A stretch of 62,902 bases of DNA, counting the filler, from Octopus bimaculoides (taxonomy: Eukaryota), in assembly GCF_001194135.2 (NCBI RefSeq). It is 8 parts of 7 records of this genome, joined end to end, with 100 filler letters (N's around TTAATTAATTAA, not from the genome) between each part and the next. Parts side by side here need not be neighbours in the genome. Positions count along the whole stretch, not along the records: positions 8,444 to 16,182 come from NC_068987.1; positions 16,283 to 22,524 come from NC_068991.1; positions 22,625 to 29,644 come from NC_068987.1; 5 more parts are not named here. One strand, written 5' to 3'. This document shows, in pieces, positions 12,951 through 23,499 of the stretch (position 1 is its first letter; each line of letters opens with the position of its first letter). The notes under the pieces are model-generated. The model saw nothing but the letters and a program-made list of their open reading frames with translations. It did not search any database and was not told the origin of the DNA. Made by a program: the position numbers and the translations under genes.

Positions 12951-13668
12951 AAGCTATCACTAATATTGAAGGATCAAAAATGGAATAGATTTTACAAGTT
13001 AATTTTACAACACCCTACTGTACCCATTTGCTCCCATCATGATACCTTGTGACTCAAATTTACTGATACAACTTGGATGCATTTGATAGTGTAATTCAGA
13101 CTTAAAAAGTAATTCTAAGTTGATTGTACTGTACCGATGAAATATTAATTTTAGTTGGTACTAACACACGAACCACATACAAACATAGTAAAGGTCTTCA
13201 ACGTGTTCTGAAAGAAAAAAAAAGAGAGAAAAGGAAATAATTACTATGTTTGACTTCGGGTGATGTAGCTCTAAATCTGACTAATGGCTTTACTATTCTT
13301 TTCGTAAGACAAATGTGATGCGAAATTATATGAACATAATGTCAAAGTGCATAAAAACTATATGTATATGAACTAAAAAAATGTATCATTAAGACTATGT
13401 AGCATTTACTACTTTCATAGCTAGGATATTTTTACTTATTTAGAAAAAAAAAAAGCTCTTCGTACTGCATAAATATATTATCTAATGACTTTCTCTTAAA
13501 TTATTTTATTCTTTTCCATATCTTGCCTAAATTATGATTTCTACAATAATTCATTTAAACCAATACAGTAATTGTTCAAATACTACTTACTAACTGCATG
13601 TGTACTTCTTCAAAAAGTTCTCCCTTCAATAAAGATTGTTTTATTACAGATATAATCAATAACTATAC

Positions 13669-15891
13669 CAGGTGTAGCCAAACCGCGGCTCGCGAGCCTC
13701 ATGCAGCTCTTTGACTTTTAAGATGCGGCTCATGGAAATATGTGGCCGAGCTCCTTTTTCCATTACAGTTAATATAAAAGGAAAATAAGAAAATTTTCAA
13801 GCTTATAATTATCTATTAGGTATGTATTGAAACCCCATTGAATTAAAATGTAACTTTAATGTTCATGGTTAGTAAATATATTTAAGAATTTAAATTCTAA
13901 TTTTAATGCGAGATCTGAGTGAGGCATTGTTACTTTGTGCTGAGGGAAGGAATGGTGCGGGGCAGGGGAATTAAAGAAATTTCCTGTCAGAAATGGTTAC
14001 AGAAGAATGTCAGAAGACTTAGGTATTGGGTATGGAGATTAAAGGTTTGGGTGTGCTGGGGGAGTGAGAGTAGTCACAGATGGCTTAATGAGTCTAGGCC
14101 CAACCGCACTTACGTCATGTACATTAATGCAGTGGCCTTAAAGGAAACAACTCGTGGTGTTGACATTAAAAATGCGCTTGACAGAACCTTAACAAATGCT
14201 GATGTTCTGCTGAATAAACTCGTCAGTGTGGCAACGGATGGAACAACTGCAATGGCGGAGATAATGTAGGATTGATTGCACTCATGAAAAATGAGCCCAG
14301 CTTTACAGAGTTTCTCCCTGTTCATTGCACTATTCATCATGAACACCTGGCAACCAGATATTTCAAGTATGAAGATGTGAAATCTATCCCTGAAACTGTC
14401 AATTGCATACGCTTAAATGAGAAGACTCACCGGCAGAAATATATTGAAGAACTGGAGTTTGAATATAAACCCAGTGATGTCTCTTTCTACTGCACTGTGA
14501 GGTGGTTGTCAACCAGCAATGTCTTCAGTAAGTTTGTTAATCTGTTGGAGCCGATGATTACTTTTCTTAAAGGAAAGGAAAAGATCCTATCCTCAATTGG
14601 AAAATGAGGAATGGACGCAAGATCTGATGTTCCTTACTGATACAATGAATCATCTACAAACTCTCATCTTGGCACTTCGGGAGAAGAATAAGAATGTTTC
14701 TGATCTTACTCAGACAAATTTCGACTTTCAGACATATTGCCAAGAAACTTCATTCACTTTTCCAATCTCAGTAGGAGAATAAATAAATTCCCTGATATTG
14801 AAATAAAGACTACAAACTGGAAAAATACAAAGATAAATTACAAGGACTGCTTAATAATTTCCTAGTCAGGTTGATAACTTGCGGAAGCTGAAGCCCTGTT
14901 TCGCCTTTCTTGTAAATCCCTTTATACTTGATGTAGTCAATGGTGGATGTCCAATTCTCGAAACTCTGGTTACAGAAGCATCTTCTGTGGAAATTAACCT
15001 AATTGAATTACAGGAGGACCTGAGTGAAAAGACGAACGATAAATCCCAGTCTACAATTGAGTTCTGGAAACAAGTTCCAGAAATAAAATGTCCTAAACTG
15101 AAGAGAAGCAGTGTGCGACTCATCTTAATTTTCAGCACAACATACTGCTGTGAATCTCACTGTATTCTGTAATGAGGTTTGTGAAGTCGAAGCATCATGC
15201 AATCCTTACAAACCAACACCTGACGGAACTAATTCGAACAGCCTTGACAACATATCAGCTAGATTTTCAACTACTCACATCCAAGATGGAAACCCACAAG
15301 ACCTCTACTAGCACTAAATAGCGGCTTTAATAGCCTAATATTTGTAGCATTGTCTGTTTGTCATAAGAATATTATGATAGGACGGTAATTTTGTAAGGTA
15401 ATATCTGATTAAAATATCTCAAATTTTGTTGGTTTTTTTCTTTATATATATTTTCCTCCATGTTTTGACCGGATATTTACTAAGACAAAAACTACGATTA
15501 AAAACACCTTATTTTTTTTTCATTTTTAATGCTATTTTCATCAGTCTAATCTTATGTTACTGAAATACAAATTCGCACATTTTTCTTAGAAGTTCCCGTA
15601 TTAAATATGCTCAATATAGTTAAAACAATTATCAGTCAAGATTTTGAAAATATTTTGTACATATATGTGTATTTTGTGATTATTGAAACCAATACAACTT
15701 AACAGTTAAAAAAAAATGCATACATAAATATTATTGCATACATGCATTTCTTATCATTTATATAGAATTCTTGTTACAAAATGTGTATATAAGACAAACA
15801 AATGTGTAAATTTTGTTCGTGTCTTGCGGCTCTCAATCATCTGAACTTTATCGAATGTATCTCTTACATTATGCAAGTTTGGCTACCCCTG
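13669..15891 (+). mobile_element. hAT (Buster/SPIN-like) DNA transposon, internally deleted, with decayed transposase (~14105-15270)
   Basis: 15-bp TIRs CAGGTGTAGCCAAAC (13669) and GTTTGGCTACCCCTG (15877), 14/15 match; subterminal GCGGCTC repeats; motifs KLVSVATDG, HCTIHHEHL and VRWLS. Both 8-bp flanks have a central TA but form only an imperfect TSD. Confidence 0.9.
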
Positions 15892-15928
15892 CTATATATG
15901 TTTATATACATACATGCATACATACATA

Positions 15929-15959
<31 letters not shown>

Positions 15960-16282
15960 GACCGCGCGCGCACGCGTGTGTATGTATATGTATATATATG
16001 GTGCAACGTAAAAATCAAAAACAGAAAATAGAAGACAGAGTGATGCCGGCGAGAAACAAACAGCCTATTGGTTTCACGATCAGCAAAAACGGAAGAATTC
16101 TTTGATATTTCGAATCAAAGCTTTTCTACAAAAAAGAAACGAGTAGAGAAAACAGATGGTGGAAGGGAGAGAAAAACGTGTTNNNNNNNNNNNNNNNNNN
16201 NNNNNNNNNNNNNNNNNNNNNNNNNNTTAATTAATTAANNNNNNNNNNNNNNNNNNNNNNNNNNNNNNNNNNNNNNNNNNNN

Positions 16283-16421
16283 CTATGACCCTCTCTGTAA
16301 CTTTCATAACCTGATCTAACAGCTTGATGCCTCTGTAATTATTTGTATCTAAAGCGTCACCTTTACCTTTGTAGCAGTTGACTATGATGCTGCTACACCA
16401 GTCATTGGGTATGACTCCTTC

Positions 16422-16422
<1 letters not shown>
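16283..16422 (-). mobile_element. RTE LINE reverse transcriptase N-terminal fragment
   Basis: IPNDWCSSIIVNCYKGKGDALDTNNYRGIKLLDQVMKVTERVI; truncated by a gap. Confidence 0.85.
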
Positions 16423-16466
<44 letters not shown>

Positions 16467-16557
16467 TATATGTGTGTGTGTGTGTATAGAAAGAGAGAGA
16501 GAGAGAGAGATGAGCACACTTATCCACTACACCCATCCACAGGTTCTACATGCTCAC

Positions 16558-16612
16558 TCAAGCTGCATGGAATAGTAACTAAATCTCTCACAAGTTATAA
16601 TAAACCTGATAA
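16558..16612 (-). other. Candidate antisense exon (55 nt, IIRFIITCERFSYYSMQL; SLC15/PepT-like motif)
   Basis: Acceptor ttattctgtttttag and donor GA|GTGAGC; phase matches the 16913-16997 segment. Confidence 0.3.
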
Positions 16613-16912
16613 CTAAAAACAGAATAAAAATAGTAGCTATTGGGCTGTGTAGTCCTAGATATATAAAAGATACAGTGGTCAGCAGTGACCCCTGCTGGAA
16701 TATTTTTCCACCACAGGTGATTTGCTTGACCAGAGCTTGCCTGGGGGTTCAGAACATCCACAACATATTTGAAGATAATGTGTGAGAACAATAAAAGCAA
16801 ATAAGAGCGTCCTTTAATTTGGTTCGACAGGCAGAACTCCTCCTGTCTATCCTTTCACATAGTTTTCAGATATGCTGAGTACATTTTCAAACCAAGAGAA
16901 ATGTATTCTTAC

Positions 16913-16997
16913 TTTCATTTTTCACTTTCTCTGTGTATTTTTCTTCCAAAGATGTGGCCTTGTCTTTGAAATAGCTGATTTCATCGTTGGCATGATG
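16913..16997 (-). other. Candidate antisense exon (85 nt, HHANDEISYFKDKATSLEEKYTEKVKNE)
   Basis: Minus-strand acceptor ttattatttcag and donor AAA|GTAAGA; only one frame is open. Confidence 0.35.
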
Positions 16998-18042
16998 CTG
17001 AAATAATAAATGGCACAAGAATAAGGTTACATCAAGTGTGACATATGTTTTAGTAAATTTATTTTTTCCACCCGATGCAAGCATGGGATTATTCCCAATG
17101 AATTGTTCCCAACTTACTTCATATCAAAGACAAAAAACCTGCATTTCCTGTCTTTTTTTATTATCTTGTTATTTGTTTTTTGCTATTTTCCAACTGTATT
17201 GACAAGAACTTTATAGAAATTAATCTTGTTAAAAAAAAACAAAAACAAACAAAACCAATATCGGGATCAAAGCTGTTATATAGCATGAGCCAATGAGCGA
17301 GTCTCTGTATGACTGACGAATCTTTAAAAAAATAGTAACCAAAAGCCCCCTCTCAAGTAACAGGTTAGCCTCTTACAAAAAGAACACGTTAGATAATGTG
17401 ACCTTGAGATTTCTGCACATAGGAATAACAAAGGATAGACATGGCTGGAGTGCTTTTGATGATAGCTCTGCTTAGTCAGAGCTATCTTGGGGCTAAACAA
17501 CATCTATAAGAATAAATCCTAATGACATAATCAGAAACACATCATCATCATCATCGTTTAACGTCCGCTTTCCATGCTAGTTTAAAACATAGGTTGTCAA
17601 GCAATGGTCGGGGGGGGGGGGCAAACATAGACACAAAGACACACACACACATAAGTATATACATACATACATACATACANNNNNNNNNNNNNNNNNNNNN
17701 NNNNNNNNNNNNNNNNNNNNNNNNNNNNNNNNNNNNNNNNNNNNNTATATATATATATATATATATATATGATGGGCTTCTTTCAGTTTCCACCTACCAA
17801 ATCCACTCACATGGCTTTGGTCAGCCCAAGGCTATAGTAGAAACACTTGCCCAAGGTGCTATGCAGTGGGACTGAATCCAGAACCATGCAGTTGGGAAGC
17901 AAGCTTCTTAGCACACGGTCATGCCTCTATATATATATAGTACATATATTTTATATGTAAGTATGTATGACAAAAGTAGGCATAACCTTTCTTTATTCAA
18001 ATTGCACATGTTAGAAGGGTAACTCTTCTGCTATGATAAGCG

Positions 18043-18088
18043 TTCTTCCTGTTCTCCTTCATTGCAGGTAAATAATTCATCGGTAAAA
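18043..18088 (+). other. Candidate recursive splice site (CAG|GTAAAT) or 15-nt phase-0 microexon 18068-18082 (VNNSS)
   Basis: TTCTTCCTGTTCTCCTTCATTGCAG immediately followed by GTAAAT; a second donor GTAAAA lies at 18083. Confidence 0.35.
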
Positions 18089-18556
18089 TTACTGAATTAG
18101 TGAGAGCATTGCCATACTCGGAAAAATCTGTTTGGTCCAATGATGGTGATGAAGATGGCAACACTGTCACTCGTCCAGTAATATTACTGATGTATATTAT
18201 ATATTTCTGAAGATTTGAAAATGCAATTTGATTGCATAATTTACATTAAATAATCATTCTTTGCTAATGAAAATGGTGTAAAATATAACTGATCTCTCCT
18301 TTTTTGCTTTAATATATGAACTGTATATGTACTCTGATTCCTACAAAATGGTACAAGGACTATAATATGAATTGTCCTCATTCAGATATTAGTGAATACA
18401 CATGGAGCATTAAATACTGGTTGTCATGTAATTTAAATTCTAAATCACACTATATAATATATATCATATATGTACACACACACACACACAAAAACATGAT
18501 TTCAAAACCACACAATTATCAAATAAGAGTCCAGTCTGACTGATACTTGTGTTTAA

Positions 18557-18814
18557 CCCATTACCTACCAGTGATCTCATATGAGATCACTTAAACATAT
18601 CTAACCTTTACACATATCTAACCTTTTTGCTATATCTACTAGGTATATTTCTTTGATATTCAAATGAGGTTTGCTAATTTTTCAGCCAATATCTCGCTAA
18701 TTTCTATTTAAAATGTTAATTTGATCATTCCAGCATGTTTCTAAGGCTGTTTTATGCTAGAAATCAAAGTTTCATAAAAAAATTCCAGTTAATAGAATTA
18801 TGGGAGGTAATGGG
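18557..18814. mobile_element. piggyBac-like MITE (TTAA TSD, 14-bp TIR)
   Basis: TTAA|CCCATTACCTACCA ... TGGGAGGTAATGGG|TTAA (13/14 match); internal 22-bp palindrome at 18570-18591. Confidence 0.8.
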
Positions 18815-19406
18815 TTAACTAGTATTTATATTATCAGCTACAATGAAAAAGCATGAAAGACGAGGTCGACAAACAATCAGGGTTTGAAATCTGAATGTAA
18901 AGCAATGCAACAACAACCTTCAAGGATAGCACTATCTACTGTGTTCAATTAATTCATTCATGAAGCATTTATGACATTACAGCAGTTATACGAAGTAAGA
19001 AATACAAACATGTAGCATGGCCCGTGATGGCTAAAACAAATTTAAGAACACGGAAATAAATGTGGCATTCCCAGTGAAAAATCCCACCAGCCAAAAAAAA
19101 AAAAACAAAAAAAAACTAGGAACATCAGGTCAACCATCAAACTTAATCAAGTAGACCTGTAATTAAACGTAATCTAGTTGCGACCATTTCCTTTATATAG
19201 AGGTACCTACAACTACGTAAGCTAGTGTGTTCCAATGCCTCTTTTCCAGGACAATTGCATGCAATTTGAGGTAATTTTGGTCACTATTTCTAGCAGAGCG
19301 GGCAACTGCTTTGAGCAGTGATTTTTCCATCACACTGAATGAGGTACAACATGCCAGCAGCATTTTAAAAGTTTAATGTGTGCATGTGTGTGTGTGTGTG
19401 CGTGTG

Positions 19407-19440
<34 letters not shown>

Positions 19441-20229
19441 TCCATGAAAATGAGTGGATAAACGAAAGAAAGTGGCACTCAACAGATTTAGTAGGAGACA
19501 CATACATTACTAAGTAACAGTTTGATTCCACTCTATGGAGCCAAATAAAGCTGTTATTACCATCATCATCAACAATTAATATTCATTTTCCATACTGGCA
19601 TGGGTGGGCTTGCTGGCTTGACAGGAACTGGCAAGGCCAGGGGCCACACCAGGTTCCATAGTCTGTTTTGGCTTGGTTTCTACAGCTGGATGCCTTTCCT
19701 AACATCAACCATTCTACTGAGTGTACTAGGTGCTTTTTACATGGCATCAACACCAGTGCTGGTGTCATTTTATATATGACCAACACCCACATCAATACTT
19801 TTTATGTGGTACCTTGGTTTTAGAATCTCAATTCTGTAGTGGTGGGCAGGTCTTCTCAAGTACAAAAAAGCACCTCATATCTCAGAAATTGGTGAGCACA
19901 CTACACTTTATTGCAAAAGAATCAAGTTTTCTAAATATCCTGCCATTTTCCAACTTGACTGAAAAACTAGCAGCAGAGCATTACTGCAGACAATAAGTTG
20001 CAACAACTGTGCAGTGGCGCAGCGAGTGAAAACATGAGACTTCCTCATTGGCTCAACAACCAACTGTGTAATTACCATGTAAGACATCGCTCAACTGTTA
20101 GTCTAGAGGGCACATGGGAAAAAAAAATATGGAGTTACAGACACAATAGCCTGGAGTAGTCTTCTACTTGGCCGGCTCCTGTCAAACTGTCCAACCCATG
20201 CCAGCATGGAAGGAGAATGTTAAATTGAT

Positions 20230-20715
20230 GACGATGACGATGATAATGATATCCTTAGGATATTACAACTATCCTTATGTATAATGAATCTTTGTAACAT
20301 ATCAGCTATACCATTGTAGATAATGATATCTTTATAATAAACGAATGGTAACTTCCTGATATAATAGTGATATCTTTAGTATAACAATGATCTTTATGAT
20401 ATAGCAATGATATATTTATCATATAACAACAATAACATTATTACATATCAGTTATATTTTTATGATTCAATAATGGTATCATCATCATATAACAATATCT
20501 TTATGGTATGAAAATGATATTATGATATGACAATAATATCACTATGATACAATATCTTTATGATATAACAACAATATCATTATGATACAACAATGATACC
20601 GTTATGACAACAATCTCTGTACAATATAATAAAGACATTTGTATGATACAGCAACAATATCATTATAAAAGATATCATTATGCTATAACAATGATATTGT
20701 TATGATATAGCAACA
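20230..20715. repeat. Degenerate AT-rich minisatellite (~20-25 bp unit, ATGATATCATTATGATATAACA-like)
   Basis: Recurring gatatc/tttatgatata/acaacaat blocks in tandem. Confidence 0.7.
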
Positions 20716-21044
20716 ATGCCCTTATATAGCAAAGCTGTGTCTGAGCTGCCACCAGAAGGGAGCTGTATAGACACAGTGTCACAAAATTAATGTAATATAA
20801 ATACAATAAAACATTTTAAATGCAAGATAAAGACAACAGTAACAAACAATACTATAACAAAAAAAAAAATACTAAGTAACAAGAATAACTAAAACAGCAA
20901 TTTACAAATAATTTGTTTTAAACAAGTAATAAAAAAAATAATAAATCACTAGCAACAGCAAACCACATTCCAAAATGCAAAGCACAGAAAATTAATTAAT
21001 GGATTCAAATTTTTGCACAAGCCCAGCAATTGAAATGCCCAAAA

Positions 21045-21495
21045 ATGAAATACCGCTAAGCATTTTGCCCAGTGTGCTAACGATTCTATCAGCTCAATAA
21101 TCCTTTCTTTTGTAGGCACAAAGCCTGAAGTTAGGGGGAGGGAGATAGTCAATTAGACTGACCCCAGTACACAACTGGTACTTAATTTATCGACCCTGAA
21201 AGTTATCCAAGGCAGTCAGCCTTGGTGGAATTTGAACTCAGAATGTAAGGACAGTTGAAATGCCGCTAAGCATTTTGCACTGCGTGCTAATGATTCTGCC
21301 AGTTCGTAGCCTTTATAATAATGATAATAATAATAATAATAATAGCAATTTGGGGAGGGGGTAAGCTGATTATATCAGCCCCAGTGTTCAACTGGTACTT
21401 ATTTAATTGAACCCAAAGGGATAAAAGGCAAAGTCAACCTCAGTGGAATTTGAACTCAGAATGTAAAGACAGATGAAAAAAACTCCTAAGCAATT
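21045..21495 (-). mobile_element. Tandem cluster of three SINE family B copies (partial)
   Basis: The SINE-B head segment (ctaagca...) occurs three times in the same orientation, twice preceded by ggaatttgaactcagaatgtaa. Confidence 0.75.
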
Positions 21496-21658
21496 TAAAG
21501 ATTCCTTGTCTGTCGTTGTACGAGAAGGAATAACATGTTTGTAAAATAAGCCACAACCACGACAACATCAATGTTAACAACAACAACTACTAATTACCAC
21601 TAGATAGACATTTCATAAGAGAAAATCAAAATGGCAAAAGAAAGAAGCAGGTGATATA

Positions 21659-21695
<37 letters not shown>

Positions 21696-22129
21696 CACAA
21701 TGTGTTCATAAGAATAAGAAACCACAAATGAAAATAAAATAAAAACCTCAATTCTAATTTTTAATGTAGTGGAGCATGAGAAATATATTTATGAATGCTG
21801 TAAATACTGACAGAGGTCCAAAATATTTGACTCTTTAAGTTTTCCAAACTTATTATTTGAAAAGTTAAAATATATGTGTGTATGCATGTGTATGTGTCCG
21901 TGTGTACATCACATAATTTTTGTTTATTCATAGTAACTATGCTATTAGTTATGTTTGAAGTGGAGGTGTATTATAATTTGAAGATTTTAAGGAAATTATG
22001 TATAAAGGTAACATTTTCTATCTAGTGCCCTCAAATGACTGCTGCACATAAGTACCATAAAATTTTCAAAATGCACACAATCAAATTGCTATATTCCACC
22101 ACTCTGAACTCAGTGGACAATATGGGGTA

Positions 22130-22440
22130 AAGGGGATTGCGCCTATAGAGTTACCCTCCCAGGCACAAGTCTGGGCAAGGTTGTTTGTAAAAGGTCAGCA
22201 GCTGACCTGTATAACAGGGTCCCCTCTCCATGCCACCAAAGTTATCCAATGGAAAGGCAAAGGCTGATACAGCTTGGCACCAGTGATGTTGCAACTCATT
22301 TCTATGCTGAGTGAACTGGAGCAATGTGAAATAAAGTGTCTTTGCTCAAGAATACAACACACAGCCCAGTCTGGGAATTGAACTCACTATCTCATGATTG
22401 TGAGCCCGATACTCTAACCACTGAGCCATGTGCCTTCAGT
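22130..22440 (-). mobile_element. SINE family D (tRNA-derived head with A and B boxes)
   Basis: Minus strand TGGCTCAGTGG...GTTCAATTCC followed by a non-tRNA body; related copies at 56840-57170 and 58420-58510. Confidence 0.75.
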
Positions 22441-22627
22441 TGACAACTATCATGAATAAGAAATTATATCACAGCATCAACATGAACTTACCAAATCTGG
22501 TGGTTCAATAGGTTAGCCTTTATTNNNNNNNNNNNNNNNNNNNNNNNNNNNNNNNNNNNNNNNNNNNNTTAATTAATTAANNNNNNNNNNNNNNNNNNNN
22601 NNNNNNNNNNNNNNNNNNNNNNNNAAT

Positions 22628-22727
22628 TGCATACTTTATTCCTACATATGTTTCAAAGGATTACAACCTGTGTGATCCATAGGGATCTTTGATATTAAAA
22701 TTGTAACCTTCTCATCAGGGAAAGCAT
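22628..22727 (-). ncRNA. Type I hammerhead ribozyme H3 (Penelope/retrozyme-like, palindromic stem III)
   Basis: Stem I TTCC/GGAA with extension, CTGATGA (22718-22712), 11-bp stem II, GAAA (22654-22651), ACATATGT palindrome, GUA triplet; predicted cut between 22643 and 22642. Confidence 0.8.
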
Positions 22728-22816
22728 GGGAATCATCTTAAACGTAAGACATTATGACATTAACCCATTTATTCTATCAGAAGAATTTTTATTCATTAAG
22801 ATAGAAGAAATACACA

Positions 22817-22860
<44 letters not shown>

Positions 22861-23258
22861 CACCCGCCACACACACATATATGTATGTATATATAGAGAG
22901 TATATATTTTTGTATATGCAAAATGAAAAAATAATAAAATCTTCGTTGGCAGGTAACTTTGTAAAATAATCGTTATTTACCCTCGATGAAAAGAGACACT
23001 TAATGGCAACCGATTAGAGTCGACAAACGATAGCTTTTGTGAATGCACAGTAAAATTTTCTTTGTAGAAGTAACACATTTCTCATGAAATTAAATTTGAA
23101 GAGTCGGGCGAGAGTTTGGTGACATTCTTATATTGTTTTACAACGCAAAATAAAAGAATCTCGTAATGAATTAGTCACGCCATTTGTTCTGTTCATATAT
23201 ATATATATACATATGTATATATATATATATATATACACAGTATATGTTTGTATGTATG

Positions 23259-23290
<32 letters not shown>

Positions 23291-23334
23291 CATGTTTGCG
23301 CGCGCGCGTGTGTGTATGTGTGTGTGCATATGTG

Positions 23335-23373
<39 letters not shown>

Positions 23374-23499
23374 TGTAGTAACGTTTGTAAAAAGTTTTGA
23401 AAATAATCTATATAATGCGAACATTACAGACTGTTACTTTATGCTTTGTTTCGTTAATGTTTTTCGTTTGCTTTATTTATATGACTATTTGAATTACTA

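Noticed and set aside
20745-20765. CCACCAGAAGGGAGC, a CTCF-like motif
   Set aside because: Two mismatches at core positions; expected by chance.
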